Shown: positions 71,937-82,788 of the stretch, piece after piece
Position numbering within the stretch: the first letter of the stretch is position 1
How the letters are laid out: every line of letters begins with the position of its first letter
DNA from: Hyalangium minutum
GTDB lineage: Bacteria > Myxococcota > Myxococcia > Myxococcales > Myxococcaceae
Assembly: GCF_000737315.1 (NCBI RefSeq)
Contig: NZ_JMCB01000006.1
Span: 144,001 to 268,000 of the forward strand
Direction of reading: 5' to 3'
Length of the DNA: 124,000 bases
The notes under the pieces: model-generated
The model's database searches: none
Told to the model about the DNA's origin: nothing
The model's input: the letters and a program-made list of their open reading frames with translations, nothing else
Program-made: the position numbers and the translations under genes

Positions 71937-72473
71937 ATGCCCCAGCAGTTGAATCAAGAGGAGCGCCTCATGCGCTGGGCCCGAGAGCGGGAGAGCCTCT
72001 TTCTCGCGCTCCAGCGTGCCTCCATTCCAGAGAAGCTCGTCGCGTATAAGCAGCTCGAGAAGCGCATCCTCAAGGAGACGCGAACGGCCCAGGAGCGGCA
72101 GGTGATCCAAAGGAGAATCTCCATGGATCTGCTTGTGGCTACCAGTGATGGTTCGTGGAGGGGATTTTCCCCTTACCTGAGGCGAGCGGAGCGGCTCGGC
72201 TACGCCTCCATGTTTGATCGGTTGCTGGCTTGCGTCCTGGCAGCCCAGGCGTCCAAGCAATCTCCTGTAGGCAGGACCAAGGCGACCGCGCTCATCACCG
72301 ACATCGAGCGGCGAACGCGTGGCCGGAAGCTTCATCCGGGAGTCCGTGAGGAGATTGATGGCGCACTGTCACGCGCCCGCCGGATCTTGGGTATCAACAC
72401 GATCAAGGCTGGCGCGCACAGCTCAGCCTCTCCAACGAGCTTGAGTGCTCGCAAGCGCCGCCCGAGCAAATAA
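71937..72473 (+). CDS. Hypothetical protein
   Basis: 178-aa ORF with weaker codon bias; no motif recognised. Confidence 0.5.
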   Translation: MPQQLNQEERLMRWARERESLFLALQRASIPEKLVAYKQLEKRILKETRTAQERQVIQRRISMDLLVATSDGSWRGFSPYLRRAERLGYASMFDRLLACVLAAQASKQSPVGRTKATALITDIERRTRGRKLHPGVREEIDGALSRARRILGINTIKAGAHSSASPTSLSARKRRPSK

Positions 72474-72531
72474 CCGGTGCACCCGCGCCTAGCCTGCGGC
72501 GGCCATATGGAGGCGCTATGCTCCGCGCGCC

Positions 72532-73722
72532 ATGCCCTCTCCCTTCGCCGAGCACTTCCCCGCCCTGCGCTCGGGCTTCAGCTTCCTCGACAACGCCGCA
72601 GGCGCCCAGGTGCCCTCGCACACCATCGAGGCCATCACCCAGTTCCTCTCCCAGGGGAGCTGCAACGTGGGCCAGCCGTACCCAGCCTCCCGCGTTGCCA
72701 CGGAGATCAAAGCCCAGGCACGCGCTGCCACTGCGGACTTCCTCCACTGCAAGCCCGAGGAGGTCATGCTCGGCACCAGCGCCACCGCGCTCACCTTCCA
72801 GCTCGCCCGCGCCTTCTCGCGCATCTTCCAGCCGGGCGATGAGATTGTCGTCTCCGAGCTCGAGCACGAGTCCAACGCCAGCCCGTGGCGCTCGCTCGAG
72901 GCGCAAGGTGTCCACATCAAGGTGTGGAAGGCCCGCTGGCCCGCGGGGCAGCTGGAGCCCTCCCAGCTCCGCTCGCTGCTCACGCCACGCACGCGGCTCA
73001 TTGCCGTGACGGCCGCTTCCAACTCGGTGGGAAGCACTCCGGAGCTCGCCGCTGTCTCGGAGCTGGCTCGAACCGTGGGCGCCTGGGTCATCGTGGATGC
73101 CGTGCACTCCAGCCCTCACCACCTGCCAGACGTGCAGCGCTGGGGCGCGGACTTCGCCGTGTTCTCGCCCTATAAGGTCTTCGGCCCCCACCTCGGGTGC
73201 ATGTACGTGCGCCAGGAGCTGCTGCCCAGGCTGCCAGCGGATCGGCTGTGGTTCATCCCGGAGGACAGCCCTCAGAAGTTCGAGCCCGGCACCGCCAACC
73301 ACGAGGGCCTCGCAGGCTGGCTCGGCACGTTGCGCTACGTGAGAGAAGTGCTCGGGGACGGAAGTACCGGACGCCAGGGCCTGGAACAAGCCTGGCGCCG
73401 CATCGAATCCCTCGAGCGCCCCCTGCTCGAGAACGCCCTGGAGCGCCTGCTGCGTCATCCCCGCGTGACGCTCTATGGTCCCCCCGAACCCCAGGGCCGC
73501 GTGGCCACCTTCTGCTTCAACGTGCCGGGCCTCTCTCCCCGGGCCGTAGCCGAGCACCTCGCCCAGAACGGCGTGGCCGTGGCGGCGGGCCACTACTACG
73601 CCACCCTGGCCGCGCAGGCGCTCGGCATCATGCCCGAGGGAGCAGTGCGGGCCTCTCTGCTCCACTACAACACCCTCGAGGACATCGACCGTCTCCTCGC
73701 AGCCCTGGATACTCTCCCGTAG
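72532..73722 (+). CDS. Cysteine desulfurase-like class V aminotransferase
   Basis: FLDNAAGAQVP, EHESN, VDAVH, FSPYKVFGPH PLP-Lys, VRASLLHYN. Confidence 0.9.
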   Translation: MPSPFAEHFPALRSGFSFLDNAAGAQVPSHTIEAITQFLSQGSCNVGQPYPASRVATEIKAQARAATADFLHCKPEEVMLGTSATALTFQLARAFSRIFQPGDEIVVSELEHESNASPWRSLEAQGVHIKVWKARWPAGQLEPSQLRSLLTPRTRLIAVTAASNSVGSTPELAAVSELARTVGAWVIVDAVHSSPHHLPDVQRWGADFAVFSPYKVFGPHLGCMYVRQELLPRLPADRLWFIPEDSPQKFEPGTANHEGLAGWLGTLRYVREVLGDGSTGRQGLEQAWRRIESLERPLLENALERLLRHPRVTLYGPPEPQGRVATFCFNVPGLSPRAVAEHLAQNGVAVAAGHYYATLAAQALGIMPEGAVRASLLHYNTLEDIDRLLAALDTLP

Positions 73723-73800
73723 ACACCTGCTTCCAGAAACGAGGCAGGCACTTGGACTCCTGTTTGGGCAGCATGAACTCTCTGCCCCCAAGAGCCGGTT

Positions 73801-75507
73801 GTGGGTGGCATGCGTTTCTTCTCCGCCTCCCTGCTCTCTGTGCTCGTCGCGGGCACTGTCTCCGCCGCGCCCGCGGTCTGGACTGAAGGCCCGCTCCTCA
73901 AAGTGGGTCCCTCGACACCGGCCCAGAACCTCGCGCCCGCTCGCCTCTTGGCGGCTCGCAACGAGTTCGAGTCCTTCCAGATCGTCATCCGCGGGGAGGC
74001 CCCCGTCTCCGGCGTTCGCGCGAAGGTCGGCGAACTGACTGGCCCCCATGGCGCGAAGATCCCTCAGTCGAATGTGCGCCTCTACCGCGAGGCGCTCATC
74101 AACGTCACCACGCCATCGGGCGCGATCGGCGCCAAGGGGCGCTTTCCGGATGGCCTCATCCCAGATGTGGACGAGGTGGACGGCCAGATGCGCTCCGCTT
74201 TCCCCTTCGATATTCCCGCGGGTGAGGCGCACGCCCTCTGGGTGGATGTCCTCGTGCCCCTGGATGCACCGGCCGGCCTCTACACCGGCACCCTCCAGGT
74301 CTCCGCGGACGGGCTCGACACCCAGGTCCCCGTGGAGCTCGAGGTCCTCGGCTTCACCCTGCCCTCCACCCCAACGCTCTCGACGGCCTTCCGCGCCTGG
74401 CCCGCGTTCGTCTGCCTCGCTCACACGGGCACGGCCGACTGCGGGAGCCCCGAGACGGCCATCGAGCTGCTCTCGAAGTACGCGCGGCTTGCGCTCGATC
74501 ACCGCATCTCGCTCTCGAACCTCTTCGTCCTGCGCCGCGATCCCCAAGACACCGGAGTGGTGCTCGGCAAGAACGGCGAGGACTGGTCGGGCTTCGATAC
74601 GGCTTTCAGCCCGCTCCTGAACGGCACCGCGGCGACACAGCTCACCGGCGCGAAGCTCACCGCTGTCGAGTATGGCTGGGAACTCTCCCCCGAGGCGCTC
74701 GCGTCCTATGGCCAGCACGCCCGTGACAAGGGCTTTTTGGACCGCGTCTTCGACTACACCGCCGACGAGCCTCCTTATGGAAGCAAGTGGGAGGACATCG
74801 CGCCCCGGTCCGCCATCGTCCACGCCGCCGTCCCGGACATGCGCACGCTCGTCACCACGAACGTCAACGCCGCCACCGACAACAAGCTCGCGGACAGCCT
74901 CGACATCCTCGTGCCCGTCGTGAACCACATGGATGCACCCTTCGCCCCGTTCGCCGGCAATCAGCGGCCTCGCTACGAGGACTTCACCCGCCGGGGCGGA
75001 GAGCTCTGGCTGTACCAGAGCTGCATGAGCCACGGCTGCTCGTTCGGCGGCGCGGAGGAGGGCGCGTCCTGGCCGAGCTACATGGTCGATGTCTCCGCGC
75101 CTCGCAACCGCGCCATGCAGTGGGTCGACTTCGCGTACGGCGCGACGGGCGAGCTCTATTACGAGACCGTGCTCGCCTATGACCGTGACCCGTGGGCGGA
75201 CCAGTTCACCTTCAGCGGCAACGGCGATGGCACGCTGCTCTACCCCGGCAAGCCTTCGAAGATCGGCGGCAGCTCCGAGGTCCCCGTGCCCTCGCTGCGG
75301 CTCAAGCACATCCGCGACGGCATCGAGGACTACGAGTACCTGACCCTGCTGGCGAAGCTGGGGGACCGGGCGCTCGCGGAGAAGCTCGCGCGAGAGGTCG
75401 TCCCCACGGCCCACCGCATCAGCGAGAACCCGAACGTCATCCTCGAGGCGCGCCGCACCGCAGGCCGCCGGATCGCGGAGCTCAGCGCCCAGGCCGCTCC
75501 GGGCTGA
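73801..75507 (+). CDS. Secreted DUF4091/GH123-like glycoside hydrolase
   Basis: Signal peptide; AARNEFESFQ, DYTADEP, GDGTLLYPG, SLRLKHIRDGIEDYEYL. Confidence 0.75.
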   Translation: MGGMRFFSASLLSVLVAGTVSAAPAVWTEGPLLKVGPSTPAQNLAPARLLAARNEFESFQIVIRGEAPVSGVRAKVGELTGPHGAKIPQSNVRLYREALINVTTPSGAIGAKGRFPDGLIPDVDEVDGQMRSAFPFDIPAGEAHALWVDVLVPLDAPAGLYTGTLQVSADGLDTQVPVELEVLGFTLPSTPTLSTAFRAWPAFVCLAHTGTADCGSPETAIELLSKYARLALDHRISLSNLFVLRRDPQDTGVVLGKNGEDWSGFDTAFSPLLNGTAATQLTGAKLTAVEYGWELSPEALASYGQHARDKGFLDRVFDYTADEPPYGSKWEDIAPRSAIVHAAVPDMRTLVTTNVNAATDNKLADSLDILVPVVNHMDAPFAPFAGNQRPRYEDFTRRGGELWLYQSCMSHGCSFGGAEEGASWPSYMVDVSAPRNRAMQWVDFAYGATGELYYETVLAYDRDPWADQFTFSGNGDGTLLYPGKPSKIGGSSEVPVPSLRLKHIRDGIEDYEYLTLLAKLGDRALAEKLAREVVPTAHRISENPNVILEARRTAGRRIAELSAQAAPG

Positions 75508-75632
75508 GGCCCGGACCTCATCTCGGCGGACTCAGCAGGGCATGGACGTGAATGTCTTCACCCGCGGTGCGAATCGGCACCTCTGGCAGAACGGATCCTT
75601 GTGTATCCTCGGGTCCTCTTCCGGAGCCTCCG

Positions 75633-78600
75633 ATGCCCACCACCCTTCGTCACTCCTTCTGTACCCTGACGTATGACTCCACCCACCGGCGCGAGGGCTT
75701 CGCGGACTGGGTGGTAGGCAATGCGTTCGCCTTCCACGCGGGCCAGGGTCCGGGGCCGCAGGTGCTCTTTCTCGGGAGCCCGGGCACGCTCGGCCAGGCG
75801 AGCAACCCGGTGAAGATCCAGCCGGAGGGGCTCGGCTTTCCTCCGCTCGTCGCGGTGATCACCGACAAGATGCTGTACCGCGAGGGCGACGACACCGTGC
75901 GCATCGTGGTGTACGCGCCCCGAGCCAGCGGCGCGGTGCAGCTCCGGCTCCTGCTCAACGGCTCGGAGCTGGCGAAGGTCCAGGTGGACGTGGACGAGAA
76001 CGGCCTGGGCCTGTTCGAGCTGAGGGATCCTGTCGCGGGCTCCTACTCCGTGGAGCAGGAAGCGGCGAAGGCCTCGTTCACCGTCGCGGCCTACAAGCTG
76101 GCGCCCCTCACCGGGCGGCTGGATCAGGTGCGCATCGAGGGCGGCAAGGGCGCGGAGACGCTGCACTTCACCGCGGTGCTGGAGACCTATGGAGCACCGC
76201 TCACGGGCTCGGTGAAGGTGACCCTCGTCGACATGGGCAGCCACCCGCCGGTTCATCGGACGTCTCTCACGCTGGAGGCCGATTCCGCCGGACGGCTCGA
76301 GGGCTCGGTCGCGCTCTCGGGTGCGGGCCCTTTCGCGCTGCAGGTGCAGGCCACGCGGGATGCGATGAAGACGGCCACCCTGCCCCTCCCCGGCTCGCGC
76401 CAGGAGGAGCGCGAGGAGGTGGTGCTCTCCGCGTGGGGCACTCGCACCGTGGCGCGCTTGGTGCCCTTCGAGGGCGCGCATGAGCGGCGAGGGCTGTGGA
76501 TCGGCTCCGGCGGCGAGAGCAAGGGCGCGCCCCTTCAGCTCGTGGAGGAGAACGGCAAGGCGCGGGTGCGCTTCCGGGCGGACATCGATGCGTGGCGCAT
76601 CGTCGTGATGGATGTGCACCGGGGCTCGGTCCAGGAGCTGTCCGGCGGGGCCACCGAGGCGGGCACTTCGCTGGATCTCCCCCTGGCCGGAACGTGGACG
76701 CTGGTGCTCGCAGGGCTCGCCTATCTGGGCCAGCGCTGGGAGGGCCGGGCCGCGCTCGTGGTCCCCGGCAAGCAGGTCCAGGTGCAGGCCCCGAAGACCG
76801 CGGGCCCGGGTGAAGAGGTGGACATCACCCTCCGAGGCACTCCGGGCGCCAGCGCCTTCGTGCTCGTCAAGGATCTGCGGCTGCAGGTGGCGGACACGCC
76901 TCAGTCCGCGACCGCCGCCTCCCTGCGCCGGCAGCTCGAGCATGCGCTCAAGGGCGTCAGCGATGGTCCAGTTCAGCGGACCCTCGATGCGCTGATCCCG
77001 CATCCTCCCCCACCGATGCCTCCCATGATGCCGGCCATGCCGATGATGGCCGTGCCCGCCCCCGCCCCCGGAGGTGCAGTGGTCCGGCGAGCTGGCGGCA
77101 TGCCACCCTCTCGGGCGCTGAGGGAAGAGAGGGCCACCGGCTCTCACCAAGCCCTCAGCAAGCAGGGAGGAGCCCCCGCGGCGGAAGCCGCCGCACCGGA
77201 CGAGAAGCCCGCGGAGGGACCCTCTCGGAGCTCATTCCCGGACGTGATGCTGGCGCGCGTCGTGCGGCTGGATGCGGAGGGCAAGGCAATCGTCCCGGTG
77301 AAGCTCGGCGACGGCATGGGCTCGCTGGCCGTGGAGGTCTTCTCGGTGACGCGCGAGGACTGGGCGGTGGCCCGCGCGGAGTTGCTGGTGACGAAGCCTG
77401 TCTTCGGAGAGCTGGTGCTGCCACGCTTCGTAGCGGCCGGAGACCACGCCGAGGGCGTGCTGCACGTCCGCGTGGCCTCAGGCGAGGCCACCGTCACCCT
77501 CCGGCGCGAGGGCAAGCCCGTGCGCCTGTTCTGCACCAATGAGAGCGGCGAGCAGCTGACCCTCACGGCACCAGGACAGGTGGTGCGCTTCGCCGCTCAG
77601 GCCGGCCGCTACCAGGCCGAGGTCCGCGGCGAGTCGCTCGTGGATCGCGCCGAGGGCAAGGTGGAGGAGCCCGGCAAGCTGGTCTGGCTGCAGCAGGCGC
77701 TGCGGATGCTGTCACCCGGCGAGCGCGTGGACCTGGAGCAGGAGCCGGGAGGCCTGGCGCTCAAGGTGCTGCCCTCGATCGACAAGACCTTCGATCGGAT
77801 GGTGGGCGGCCTTCGCTCTTACGCGCACTGCTGCTGTGAGCAGACGAGCGCCGTGCTGCTGGCGGCCACTGCCGCGTGGCTGACGGCGAAGGATGAGGAC
77901 ACGAAGCGCTCGGCGGCGGCGCACATGCGCGCGTGCATCGCCCGCGAGGAGTCCATGTACCTGCCGGGCAAGGGCTTCAAGGGCTGGCCCGAGTATCCGC
78001 CCGAGGTGTTCACGTACTCGCCCGGCGCCACGCTCAACCTGCTGCAGATGGACATGGTGAAGGCGTTCCCCATGGACAAGGAGCTGGCGAAGTCCGTGGA
78101 CCGCTGCCTGGAGATGGCCCGGGATGCGGCGAAGGCCCACGGGATTGATCCGGCCCCGCCGTCGCCCAAGTCCGCCCGGGAGGCCTACGGCCGCTTCTCG
78201 AAGTTCACCCAGGACCGCGAGAAGATGGCCGCCTTCATCCGCGAGCGCATCGAGCCGTGGGAGAAGCAGCTCAAGGCCATCCTCAAGTTCGAGTTGCCGG
78301 CCCTGCGCACGGAGAGCTACCACCACACCCCGGCGATGATCCGGGCGGAGACGGCCTTCGGGGCGGCGGCGCTGATCGAGGCCGGCGGAGAGCACCTGCC
78401 TCACGGACTCGCCCTGGCCAACACCGTTCTGGGGGCAGTCCAGGAGAACGGCAGCCTCTACTCCACGCTGGACTCGGTGGCGGCCATCACGCTGCTGGCG
78501 GCGCTGCGCAATGCCCGCATCGCCGTCGGGCCCGAGGGGAAGATCCGCGTGGATGGGCAGGACACGACGCTGGCCCAGGCAGTGACTCGCACGGGGCTCC

Positions 78601-79094
78601 GCCAGGTGGAGGCCGTGGAGGGCAGCGTGCAGGTGCAGGTGGATCGCATCGTCGAGGAGGACTACACGGCGATCAACGAGGGCGTGAAGGCCCACGTCGC
78701 GCTGATGCGCAGCGGCCGCGCGGCGGGCGTGCTGGCGCCGGGAGACTCGGTGGACCTGGTCATCACGCTGGAGAGTGGGTACCAGGCGGGAGACCTCGTG
78801 CACGTGTTCCTGCCGGATGCACTCTCGTGGGTGCATGGAGGCGGACAGGTGAAGCGCTTCTCACTGGACCTCGTGGGCCAGAACGAGATCCGCGTCCCGC
78901 TGGCCGCCACGGGTTTGACGCTGGATGCCAGCGGAGGCCCCGGCCGCCAGCGCTTCGCGGTGGCCGTGCGCAACATGTACGACGAGAAGCGGGGCAAGGG
79001 CTTCGGAGACCTCGAGGTGTCCGTCCACAAGACCGCCGGGCCCGGTGGATTGGCCCAGCGCGTCCTGAAGGGGCTCAAGGACCTGGTCGGCTGA
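75633..79094 (+). CDS. Alpha-2-macroglobulin-like protein lacking a signal peptide, CxEQ motif retained
   Basis: TDKMLYREGDDTV MG2-like motif, low-complexity bait followed by RSSFPD, KPVFGELVLPRF..GD, YAHCCCEQTS thioester-type motif. Confidence 0.75.
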   Translation: MPTTLRHSFCTLTYDSTHRREGFADWVVGNAFAFHAGQGPGPQVLFLGSPGTLGQASNPVKIQPEGLGFPPLVAVITDKMLYREGDDTVRIVVYAPRASGAVQLRLLLNGSELAKVQVDVDENGLGLFELRDPVAGSYSVEQEAAKASFTVAAYKLAPLTGRLDQVRIEGGKGAETLHFTAVLETYGAPLTGSVKVTLVDMGSHPPVHRTSLTLEADSAGRLEGSVALSGAGPFALQVQATRDAMKTATLPLPGSRQEEREEVVLSAWGTRTVARLVPFEGAHERRGLWIGSGGESKGAPLQLVEENGKARVRFRADIDAWRIVVMDVHRGSVQELSGGATEAGTSLDLPLAGTWTLVLAGLAYLGQRWEGRAALVVPGKQVQVQAPKTAGPGEEVDITLRGTPGASAFVLVKDLRLQVADTPQSATAASLRRQLEHALKGVSDGPVQRTLDALIPHPPPPMPPMMPAMPMMAVPAPAPGGAVVRRAGGMPPSRALREERATGSHQALSKQGGAPAAEAAAPDEKPAEGPSRSSFPDVMLARVVRLDAEGKAIVPVKLGDGMGSLAVEVFSVTREDWAVARAELLVTKPVFGELVLPRFVAAGDHAEGVLHVRVASGEATVTLRREGKPVRLFCTNESGEQLTLTAPGQVVRFAAQAGRYQAEVRGESLVDRAEGKVEEPGKLVWLQQALRMLSPGERVDLEQEPGGLALKVLPSIDKTFDRMVGGLRSYAHCCCEQTSAVLLAATAAWLTAKDEDTKRSAAAHMRACIAREESMYLPGKGFKGWPEYPPEVFTYSPGATLNLLQMDMVKAFPMDKELAKSVDRCLEMARDAAKAHGIDPAPPSPKSAREAYGRFSKFTQDREKMAAFIRERIEPWEKQLKAILKFELPALRTESYHHTPAMIRAETAFGAAALIEAGGEHLPHGLALANTVLGAVQENGSLYSTLDSVAAITLLAALRNARIAVGPEGKIRVDGQDTTLAQAVTRTGLRQVEAVEGSVQVQVDRIVEEDYTAINEGVKAHVALMRSGRAAGVLAPGDSVDLVITLESGYQAGDLVHVFLPDALSWVHGGGQVKRFSLDLVGQNEIRVPLAATGLTLDASGGPGRQRFAVAVRNMYDEKRGKGFGDLEVSVHKTAGPGGLAQRVLKGLKDLVG

Positions 79095-79111
79095 CCTGAC
79101 ACCAACGCCTC

Positions 79112-80104
79112 GTGGACAACCTCACGCACGGATTGCTGGGCCTCGCGGTAGGCGCGCTGCGCCGGCCTGACGCCGCAGGAGGCCCTCTGTCCGCCACGGA
79201 CAAGGCCGTGCTGCTGGGGTGCGCGCTGGCCGCCGAGCTGCCGGATCTGGACAACCTGCTGCCCTCGGAGAACTCGGTGGTGCACGCGCTCCAGGCGCAC
79301 CGCGGGCTCTCGCACGCGCTGGTGTTCACCCCGGTGGTGGCGTTGGCCGCGACGGCGGTGGCGAAGGCGGTCTTCCGCACAGCGCGCGTGGGGCCGGTGT
79401 TCCTCTTCAGCCTGATCTCGGTCTGCCTGGCGCACCTGTTGGCGGACCTGTGGACAGGCTGGGGCACGCGCGTGCTGCTGCCCTTCTCGGATCGGCGGTG
79501 GACGCTGGACTGGACGATGGTGGTGGATCCGTGGGTGACGCTGCCACTGCTCGTGGGCGCGGTCTGGGCCTGGCGCCGCAGGACCGTGTGGCGGCGAGCA
79601 CTGCTCGTGGGAGCGGCGCTCTCGGTGGCGTACCTGGGGCTGCGCGTCGCACTTCAGAACGTGCTGAGCGGGCGTGTCCGAGAGGCCTTGCCCGCCGCGG
79701 AGCGAGTGCAGGTGTTCCCCGCGTGGCTGTCGCTCACGACCTGGCGCTACGTGGCCCTGCTGCCGGATGAGTACGTGGTTGGCACGGCCTCCCTGGGCAG
79801 AGCGCCCATCGAGGAGCGGAGGTGGCCCCGGCCCGTCCCTGACGCACTGCCGGAGTCCGTGAGGAACATCCCCACCGTGCGCGAGGCGCTCGCCTGGGCG
79901 CGCTTTCCCCTCGTTTCACAGGTTCCCCGCCCTGACGGAGCCTCCGAGATCCGCATCGGCGATCTGCGCTACCACCTGAACGGCGAGCCGACGCTCCAGT
80001 TCATTCTGGAGCTCAATCCGGAGGGAGCCCTGCGCGCCGCCCGCCTGGAGCGAGGCGGGAGCGCGGCGGAGTTGCTGCGGCGGTGGCGAGGCCAAGACCG
80101 CTGA
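79112..80104 (+). CDS. Membrane-bound metal-dependent hydrolase (YdjM-like)
   Basis: MDNLTHGL, LPDLD, HRGLSHAL, HLLADLWTGWGT. Confidence 0.85.
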   Translation: MDNLTHGLLGLAVGALRRPDAAGGPLSATDKAVLLGCALAAELPDLDNLLPSENSVVHALQAHRGLSHALVFTPVVALAATAVAKAVFRTARVGPVFLFSLISVCLAHLLADLWTGWGTRVLLPFSDRRWTLDWTMVVDPWVTLPLLVGAVWAWRRRTVWRRALLVGAALSVAYLGLRVALQNVLSGRVREALPAAERVQVFPAWLSLTTWRYVALLPDEYVVGTASLGRAPIEERRWPRPVPDALPESVRNIPTVREALAWARFPLVSQVPRPDGASEIRIGDLRYHLNGEPTLQFILELNPEGALRAARLERGGSAAELLRRWRGQDR

Positions 80105-80143
80105 GCGATGCGCTCCGCTCAGACCTGAGGTACCGCTGGCGCC

Positions 80144-82615
80144 TCAGGCCTCCTTGGCCGGAGCGGTGGGGCCGTGCTTGCGCCGCCAGCGCTCCACCAG
80201 CAGCAGCAGCGAAGGGAAGCCCAGCAGCACGATGAGAATGTTCACGCCGAACCCCAGGTTCGCCACGTTGCCGATCGAGTTGAGCCCCGGGTGCTGAGCA
80301 ATGGCCAACGCCAGGAAGCCGATGGCGCTCGTCAGCAGACCGCCCGTGATGGCCCGGCCCGTCTCCGCGTACACGGAGATGAAGTCACTGTCCGGCTCGG
80401 ACAACCGTTGGATGAGGTGCACGCCCGCGTCCACTGTCGTGCCCACCAGCACCGGCAGCACCACCAGGTTCAGGTAGTTGAACTGAATGCCCAGGATGGC
80501 CATCAGCCCCACCAGCCCCGCCACCGACAACAGCGTGGGCAACATGCAGATCAGCGCCGTGCGCAGCTTGCCCAACGTCACCCACATGGCCACCAGCACC
80601 GAGAGCACCGCCGCCGCCAGAATGCGCGGCCCCTCCTGCGCCACCATGTCCAGGATGTCCGCCACGATCAGCGCCTCGCCCGCCGCCGACACCTGCGAGC
80701 CGTCCGGCAGCTTCATCCCGCGCACCTCCTTGGTGAAGCGCCGCGTCCCGTAGCCATCCGCCAGGTTGATGGATGCGTACACCAGCACCACGCCGCTCCG
80801 GTTCCCATCCAGCCCCTCCAGCTCGTGCCGCATCGCCTCGGGCAGGTCCTTCTGACCGAAGGTCTGCGCCTGCGTCATCTTCAGGTACGTGGGCCAGTGA
80901 GCCTGCACGTCCTTGGGCAGCCGCTCCGGATCCAGCTTCGCCAGCTTGTCGTGGATGGCGTGCAGGACCGCCGCCTTCTCCTCCTGCTTGTCCGGCACCA
81001 GGTCCTCCTGCGAGCGGACGAAGTCGATGGTGGAGTCCTTGCCCTTCTGCGCCTTGCGCTCCTTGAGCTGGCGCACCACCTCGCGCTCCATCGTCGGCGA
81101 GTCCGTGACGACCACCACCGGAGACTGCGAGTGGCCCAGAATCTTGTCCATGCGCCGGTCCAGCCGCACGGACGGCAGCTCCATCGACTCCAGCTTGGAG
81201 CCGTCGTAGTTGAAGCTGACGTTCCACGCCTGGCTGATCAGCGCCACCAGCCCCACGCCCACCACGATGGCCACTCCGCGGTAGCTGCGCGGCAGCCACC
81301 GGGCCAGCATGGCCATCGGACCGGCCGAGCCCACGTGCTCGCGCGGCGTCCAGCCCCACTTCGCCGCCAGCCCCAGCAGCGCCGGGAGGATGAGCACGTA
81401 CGAGGCGATGCTCACCAGCATGCCCACCGCCGCGATGATGCCGAACTCGTGGAACGCGGCGAACTCGGAGATGGACAGGCTCAGGAACGTGAGCGCCGCC
81501 ACCACCGCGGAGATGAGCGCGGAGAAGCCCGTGTGACTGAAGGCCTCGCGCACCGCCTCCAGCGAGTCCTTCCCCTCCGAGCGCAGCGTCGTGTACCGCC
81601 CCAGGAGGTGGATGCCGTGCTCCACGCCCAGGCCGCCCAGCACCGCGCCCAGGAAGCCGGTGAGCAGGTTCACCTGCCCGTAGAACAGGCCCACGAAGCC
81701 GTATGTCCACGCCAGGCCTCCCAGCACCGGCAGCACCGCGAAGGCCACGCTCAGCACGCTGCGGAAGTGGAACCCCAGGTAGAGCAGCAGCAGCACCAGC
81801 GCGATGCTCGAGGCCTGCGCCAAGTCGTTGGTGATCAGCGCCTGGTGGTCAATCTTCTTCTTGAAGGTGCCCGACAAGGCCGTCTGGAAGCCGGGCCCAT
81901 ACTTGGACAAGTCCTGCTGCTTCAGGAACTCGTCCACTTGGGACACCACCTTCTTGGCGTAGCCCAGGTCGGCGCTGTTGCCCTTCGGCTTGAGCATCAG
82001 CACCACCATCTTCTCCTCCGGATCCAGGTAGTACGGATCCTTCGCCACCGCCTGCTCCTCGCTGCCGCGGCGCAGGAAGAGCTTCTGTTCCAGCTTGTGC
82101 TTGAAGTCCTCGAAGCCAATGGAGGGCGGAGGCGCATCCTCCAGCTCGACGAAGAGCGGGTTGGCCCGCTGCTTCTCCCAGGTGATGCGATCGTCGAGCT
82201 GCTTCTGGAGCCCTTGCAGGTCCTCCAGCTCCGCGTAGTACAGCACGCGCTCCTCGAAGAAGGCGTCCGAGCGCTTGTAGTTGACGTAGCGGACCTCGGA
82301 GAGCTGGCCCAGCTTGGGAGCCATGTCGTCGGCGAACTGCTTGAGCTTGTCAGCGTCCGCGTTCATGCCCACGACGACCAGGTAGCCCTGCCCGCCGAAG
82401 CGCTTCTTCAGCTTCTCCAGGTCCTGCACGCTGGGGAAGGACTTGGGCAGCAAGCCCACCAGGTCAGAGCTCAGGGAGAGCTTCCGCGCGAAGAAGCCGC
82501 CCACCACCACCAACAACGCCGCCAGGGCCAGCGCCTGCCAGGGCTTGCGATGGTTGCGCGCCGCCAGCGCGCCCATCAACTTCTCCATCCGCTGCCCCAA
82601 CCCGATCTCGCTCAT
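80144..82615 (-). CDS. MMPL/RND-family lipid transporter (paralog 1)
   Basis: Two-repeat RND topology; GGLGVEHGIHL, GTTVDAGVHL, HPGLNSIG. Confidence 0.88.
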   Translation of the reverse strand: MSEIGLGQRMEKLMGALAARNHRKPWQALALAALLVVVGGFFARKLSLSSDLVGLLPKSFPSVQDLEKLKKRFGGQGYLVVVGMNADADKLKQFADDMAPKLGQLSEVRYVNYKRSDAFFEERVLYYAELEDLQGLQKQLDDRITWEKQRANPLFVELEDAPPPSIGFEDFKHKLEQKLFLRRGSEEQAVAKDPYYLDPEEKMVVLMLKPKGNSADLGYAKKVVSQVDEFLKQQDLSKYGPGFQTALSGTFKKKIDHQALITNDLAQASSIALVLLLLYLGFHFRSVLSVAFAVLPVLGGLAWTYGFVGLFYGQVNLLTGFLGAVLGGLGVEHGIHLLGRYTTLRSEGKDSLEAVREAFSHTGFSALISAVVAALTFLSLSISEFAAFHEFGIIAAVGMLVSIASYVLILPALLGLAAKWGWTPREHVGSAGPMAMLARWLPRSYRGVAIVVGVGLVALISQAWNVSFNYDGSKLESMELPSVRLDRRMDKILGHSQSPVVVVTDSPTMEREVVRQLKERKAQKGKDSTIDFVRSQEDLVPDKQEEKAAVLHAIHDKLAKLDPERLPKDVQAHWPTYLKMTQAQTFGQKDLPEAMRHELEGLDGNRSGVVLVYASINLADGYGTRRFTKEVRGMKLPDGSQVSAAGEALIVADILDMVAQEGPRILAAAVLSVLVAMWVTLGKLRTALICMLPTLLSVAGLVGLMAILGIQFNYLNLVVLPVLVGTTVDAGVHLIQRLSEPDSDFISVYAETGRAITGGLLTSAIGFLALAIAQHPGLNSIGNVANLGFGVNILIVLLGFPSLLLLVERWRRKHGPTAPAKEA

Positions 82616-82788
82616 GTGTGTCTGCTCTTCTGTCCGAAAGTCCGCGATTGCAGCCGCCCACCATGGCGAGGGCCCTGACCGGAGTCAATGAATCGCCGGG
82701 GGGCGGCCAGGCAGGCAGGGGGTGCTCAGGCACCCCGGGCCAAGTCCCCTGACAGACCCCCAAGAGACATGGTTTCTTCCCGGCCGCC

